NCBI GenBank assembly: GCA_045863335.1
Contig: BTVY01000017.1
Span: 1-64,000 of the forward strand
Source: Candidatus Hydrogenedentota bacterium
Lineage (GTDB): Bacteria; Hydrogenedentota; Hydrogenedentia; Hydrogenedentales; SLHB01
DNA length: 64,000 nucleotides
Reading direction: 5' to 3'
Below the pieces are notes generated by a model. That model was not told where the DNA came from, made no database searches, and worked only from the letters and a program-made list of their open reading frames with translations. The position numbers were made by a program, and so were the translations under genes. Position 1 is the stretch's first letter; every line of letters starts with the position of its first letter. Of the stretch, positions 59,890 through 64,000 are shown piece after piece.

Positions 59890-62664
59890 TCAGGAAGCTT
59901 CGGCAGAAACAACTTTTCCGGGCGCCCCTTCGGCGCTGGACTGTATCTTTTGGTACACGCTGAAGTTATTCTCTTCATCCAGGAACGCATAGCGTCGGTT
60001 CGCATAGGATTCCTCGAATTTCGAAAGGTAGTAGTCGAATTTCTCCGGGTCTTCCTCCTGGTACGTCATTGCTAGGGTGAAATACGCGCACGGAAAATCG
60101 TCCCAGAACAGGAGCGCCATTTCACACGCTTGGCGGGCTCCCACGGAATCGCCCAGATTCAGCAGCGCAAATGCCCGCTCTTCAGCAGCGCGAGCACCCC
60201 ACCACCGAAACCGCTCGTTCTCAGGCATGCCGTCGACCGCCAGCGAGAATTGTTGAAGCGCAGTTTCGTAGTCGTCGATCAACCGGTAAATGTGGGCGAG
60301 TCGGTAATGACACTCCGCCCAATGCGGGTAGTCCTCCAACAACGTTTCATAGGTCTGCGCCACCTGGCTCAACACTGTGTCGCGAACCTCCGGATTCGCG
60401 CTCGCGCTGACCTCGGCCTGGCGAGCCGACCAATAGGCCCGATCTCCTTCCGTAAGCCAATCCTGGATGCCGTCCAGACCGGACGCGGCATCGGTCACGT
60501 CCCCGGATTCCAGCGCCATGCGGAAAGAGAGGATTTCGAGATCCACAAGAAGCTGTTGGTAGTACTTTCTGGAATCTTCGATTGGAAACTGAATGGCATC
60601 GAGTAGTGCATGATCCAGTTCGCCGTATAGATCCTCTGCGCGAATCAGTCCGGCCAGTTCGTTCCGGAGAGATTCCAGCGCAGGGAAGAAGCCCTGAACT
60701 TCGTTGTCAAGCCCAGGGTGATCCAGGTCGTATTTGCGTACAAACAGCCCCGTCAGTTCATATTCGATACGAAGTAGTCGAGTCTCGACGGAATCCGGCC
60801 AAGCCTTTAAGGCATTCGCGAACTCCGAGATTCCTGGGTCCATGGAGCACCGCGCCCACAACCGAATCTTTTCGAGATAATAGAGCGCCTCCAGCGATCT
60901 CCCGCCGGACCGTTCGAAGGCATCCGCGAAGTTCAACTCCGCTTCATTGAACCGCTTCTCCCGGTAGGCGGTCCGGCCCGCATTCAGGTAATCCACGACT
61001 GGTTGTACTCCCGCCACAAGTTCATCGCGCCGGGACTTGTCCAAGTCCGACACCAGAGCAAAGTGGAGGGCCTGTCGGTACTTACCAGCCACTATGAAGG
61101 GCTCCAGATCTCCGGCCACAGCTTCCATGGTCGCATCCTTGGCATTTTCCTCCGCAACCCAGGACTTCAGATCCTGGGCACGTGCCTGCACCGACTCGAT
61201 CTTCGAACCAGTCCGTTGATCGATGTTGTCGCTGCGATGCTCCCGGTCGTACTTGACAGCCAACAATTCGTCCGCGATTAATGAACTCTGCGTACGATCT
61301 CCCGCTTCCTTGGCTTCAAGCGCTTCCGCAAGACGTTGCTCCAACCCCTCCACCCAATCTGAGTCGCTTTGCAAATACTCAAACGATTGCACGAATCCCG
61401 CGAACTTCGCTTCTTTGTTGACGGACTCGATATACGCAATACCCTCTCCCGCATACGATCGCGTCGCATCGTAGGCCGATGAGTCGTAGGCTCCTAGCGT
61501 TTCCTTATACAGGTTCTGGACCTTCGCCGATATCGCTACATTAACGCGATGCAAATAGGCGATATATCCTCCTCCAGCAATCAGCAATACGATAGCGCCG
61601 CACACAACCGCAATTGTGGCAATCTTTTTCTTTGTCTTGCGGTCGGTCGTTGACAAGACCCCGGCGTCAGTCGCCTTATCTTCGTCAGGCGCATGGTCGG
61701 ATGCCGTCGTCGAATCTTCTGAGATCCGATATGAGCCGGGGTCGCGCCAGTATTCAGGAGATATGTACTGGGTGACGATGATACTCAGCACGTCTCTATC
61801 TTCGCGGGCGTCCGCGGCAAGATCCCCGAGAACATCGTCAATCGACTGGTACCGATCCGTCAGCCGCTTGGCCGTCATCTTGCTCACAATACTCGAGAGG
61901 TACTCAGGGATCTCGGGGCGGACATCGTTCAAGGGCCGTAGGATAGCATTCTCATCGCAATGCCAGTTGATCCAGCGCATCGTGTTCTGCCGGGCATCAT
62001 CGGTGAGCAGACCAGAGAACTCCGCTTCAAAACGGTCCCGGCCGCACAGGAGCTGGTAGGCCATAAATCCGATCGAGTAGATATCCGTAGCGAAATTGGC
62101 GCCCTTACTCCCTTGGTAAAGTTCCGGAGCAGCATACTGCGTCGAGATATCGTCCATGCTCAGCGTAATGTCCATACCAATCTGGACGGCAATACTGAGG
62201 TCGATAATCTTGGGAACGCCCTTGCTGTCCAGCATTACATTCGACGGCTTAATGTCGCGATGGTTAATTCCGTGTTGATGAAACGCGTTGGCCCCATTCA
62301 GCACTTGCACGGTCCACCCCGCGACGTCCTGCGGGTCGAGCACTTCTTCCCGTTGATAGAGCTGATTCAACGATACATCCAAATGCTCCATCACGAGCAC
62401 CGGGGTTTCCCGTTCAGGTCCGGGCTTGATAACCTCCAGGGCCTTGATAATGTTTGGGTGGTTAATGTGCGTCAGCCAATCGCACTCGCTCAGGTATCGC
62501 GCAACGTACTTCGGACGAAACTCTGGTAGCGTGTCCGCCGGGATGACGAACTCCTTGAGAATCACGCGCAATCCGTCATGCTTTCTCGTCCCGATGTACA
62601 ATGTAGCGCGCGGACTTCTCCCAAGTTCACGTTCCACCTCGTACTGTCCGATGATTTGCGTCAT
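59890..62664 (-). CDS. Membrane-anchored Hanks-type Ser/Thr kinase with extracytoplasmic TPRs
   Basis: VILKE, HPNII, HRDIKPSN, YAAPE and DIYSIG motifs; TM segment IAVVCGAIVLLIAGGGYI; C-terminal TPRs. Confidence 0.88.
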   Translation of the reverse strand: MTQIIGQYEVERELGRSPRATLYIGTRKHDGLRVILKEFVIPADTLPEFRPKYVARYLSECDWLTHINHPNIIKALEVIKPGPERETPVLVMEHLDVSLNQLYQREEVLDPQDVAGWTVQVLNGANAFHQHGINHRDIKPSNVMLDSKGVPKIIDLSIAVQIGMDITLSMDDISTQYAAPELYQGSKGANFATDIYSIGFMAYQLLCGRDRFEAEFSGLLTDDARQNTMRWINWHCDENAILRPLNDVRPEIPEYLSSIVSKMTAKRLTDRYQSIDDVLGDLAADAREDRDVLSIIVTQYISPEYWRDPGSYRISEDSTTASDHAPDEDKATDAGVLSTTDRKTKKKIATIAVVCGAIVLLIAGGGYIAYLHRVNVAISAKVQNLYKETLGAYDSSAYDATRSYAGEGIAYIESVNKEAKFAGFVQSFEYLQSDSDWVEGLEQRLAEALEAKEAGDRTQSSLIADELLAVKYDREHRSDNIDQRTGSKIESVQARAQDLKSWVAEENAKDATMEAVAGDLEPFIVAGKYRQALHFALVSDLDKSRRDELVAGVQPVVDYLNAGRTAYREKRFNEAELNFADAFERSGGRSLEALYYLEKIRLWARCSMDPGISEFANALKAWPDSVETRLLRIEYELTGLFVRKYDLDHPGLDNEVQGFFPALESLRNELAGLIRAEDLYGELDHALLDAIQFPIEDSRKYYQQLLVDLEILSFRMALESGDVTDAASGLDGIQDWLTEGDRAYWSARQAEVSASANPEVRDTVLSQVAQTYETLLEDYPHWAECHYRLAHIYRLIDDYETALQQFSLAVDGMPENERFRWWGARAAEERAFALLNLGDSVGARQACEMALLFWDDFPCAYFTLAMTYQEEDPEKFDYYLSKFEESYANRRYAFLDEENNFSVYQKIQSSAEGAPGKVVSAEAS

Positions 62665-62731
62665 GATCTCTCCATCTCTTTGGTACGCCAACTATCGATT
62701 CCAAAGAAAGCCATGTGGACGCGGCGAAGGA

Positions 62732-63478
62732 CTAACTTTTCGAATCCTCCGATTGACGCATCTCCTGGCGCCGTAATTCCTCGACGATAAACTGGTACAA
62801 CTTGTCGTTTACCAAACCGTCACGGGTCGTATCGTTGTGCTCATACGTCAATTGAAGGACCGCGCGAAGCTGCTCAATGGTAACCTTCCGATCGACGAGT
62901 CGGGTGTCGTGAACGAGTATCTCCCGAAGCGAGTTGCGCAATTCATCCTTGTGCGGCAATGAACTTCTGGCGTGGGCGGAATCCAGCATCTGAATGCGTT
63001 CCTTAACCGGGACCTCCCACCACTCTTGACCGGGATTCATGAGAAAGTATCCCATGACGCCGAATGCGAAAACGAGGTAGATTGCAACGAGTGTAAAACG
63101 CACACTCGCGTTCTTGGACCGAACGCGGACCTCGTCGCCCGGCGCGGCGACTTCCGGTTTTGCTTCCGTTCCCGCCCGGGCCGCACCGTGCAAAAACGTC
63201 AGAACGGATTCACCAATACGCAACTCGTCACCGTGCGACAACACCGCCTGGACCGTCTGGCGTTCATTAACATAGAACGGCGCCTTGCCCTTGCGAATGG
63301 CGACAAACTGTTCACCAGACCGTTGAAGCATGACCTGTATCGGCGAGACGTCTGCGCCTTCAAGGTGCACGTCGCATTTGGGACTGCTCCCCAGGAGGAT
63401 CGTGTCCTTGTTTAATGCGTAGTCAGTCTGGCGAAGGCGCCCCTTCTTGGCCTTCAAAACTGGTTGATGCGAAGCCAT
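62732..63478 (-). CDS. FHA-domain membrane protein (degenerate phospho-binding residues)
   Basis: ILLGSSPKCDVHL...VSPIQ...FYVNE...LSHGDELRIG; one TM helix. Confidence 0.8.
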   Translation of the reverse strand: MASHQPVLKAKKGRLRQTDYALNKDTILLGSSPKCDVHLEGADVSPIQVMLQRSGEQFVAIRKGKAPFYVNERQTVQAVLSHGDELRIGESVLTFLHGAARAGTEAKPEVAAPGDEVRVRSKNASVRFTLVAIYLVFAFGVMGYFLMNPGQEWWEVPVKERIQMLDSAHARSSLPHKDELRNSLREILVHDTRLVDRKVTIEQLRAVLQLTYEHNDTTRDGLVNDKLYQFIVEELRRQEMRQSEDSKS

Positions 63479-63503
63479 AATCGTATGCTCTGTCTCCTGA
63501 TGG

Positions 63504-64000
63504 CTATTGGAACGACGATGAATTGAACTGAATAACGGCAGGGCCCAGTACGAGAATGAAGGTTGCCACCATGATTAGCACAACGGGAAACGTCATTTTG
63601 GATGCGGCTTCTTTCGCAAGCTTTTCCGCCCGCTGGGTTCGCTTCAGACGTAGCAAATCCGATTGCTCTTGAAGAACACGGGCCAGCGGCGTACCCATTC
63701 TGATCCCTTGACCGATTGCTTGTACGATGACCACGATGTCATCTGATGGAATCCGACGAGCGAGATTGCCAAGTGCATCGACCAACACGGCGCCATGCGC
63801 TACCTCCTGGTTGACCAGCGCGAATTCTTCGCGCAATGCTCCGTAGCTGGACTCCCGCGCCACCACCTCAAGCCCTTCCTGCACGCTCCCGCCGCCTTCA
63901 ATAATCAATAGGAGCATATCGAGCGCGTAGGGAAGATCTTTATTGATGCTTCGTACACGTTCGCTCGCGTCAGACGAAAGGTAAAACCATGGTAGGCCGA
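63504..64000 (-). CDS. tadC: TadC-like type II secretion system F-family protein (5' end outside window)
   Basis: Frame open to the window end: LPYALDMLLLIIEGG...GTPLARVL...AEKLAKEAASKMTFP. Confidence 0.88.
   Translation of the reverse strand, partial: GLPWFYLSSDASERVRSINKDLPYALDMLLLIIEGGGSVQEGLEVVARESSYGALREEFALVNQEVAHGAVLVDALGNLARRIPSDDIVVIVQAIGQGIRMGTPLARVLQEQSDLLRLKRTQRAEKLAKEAASKMTFPVVLIMVATFILVLGPAVIQFNSSSFQ

Overview
GC-rich bacterial chromosomal window. The gene content (DUF1501/PSD1 pair, many Tat- and Sec-exported carbohydrate enzymes, a sulfatase) resembles PVC-like or Candidatus Hydrogenedentes organisms; this is an inference, not a taxonomic assignment. Positions 1-47.6 kb hold an IS right end, housekeeping genes (thrC-like, pgi, gpmA, macro domain), a polysaccharide/aminosugar utilisation cluster, split ABC transporters and several REP/REPIN families. 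An initiator tRNA-Met at 47892-47968 is followed by a truncated tyrosine-integrase N-terminus fused to a broken IS30 remnant, which marks the edge of an immobilised genomic island running past the window end. The island carries the best candidate for an undescribed system. Its + strand encodes envelope lipoproteins (COG3014-like, TPR/YbjQ-like, LpoB-like, YcfL-like), a lipid-anchored caspase, a DUF4384 protein, two secreted hypotheticals (one with a glycine zipper), a TPR-OmpA protein and a CpaF/TadA ATPase. These converge on a - strand TadC, a degenerate FHA protein and an atypical membrane Ser/Thr kinase. A 43-aa Flp-pilin-like gene, missing from the ORF track, lies antisense inside the + strand cluster. 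Start codons were adjusted by eye using RBS and signal peptides, and family calls come from motif recognition, not database searches.
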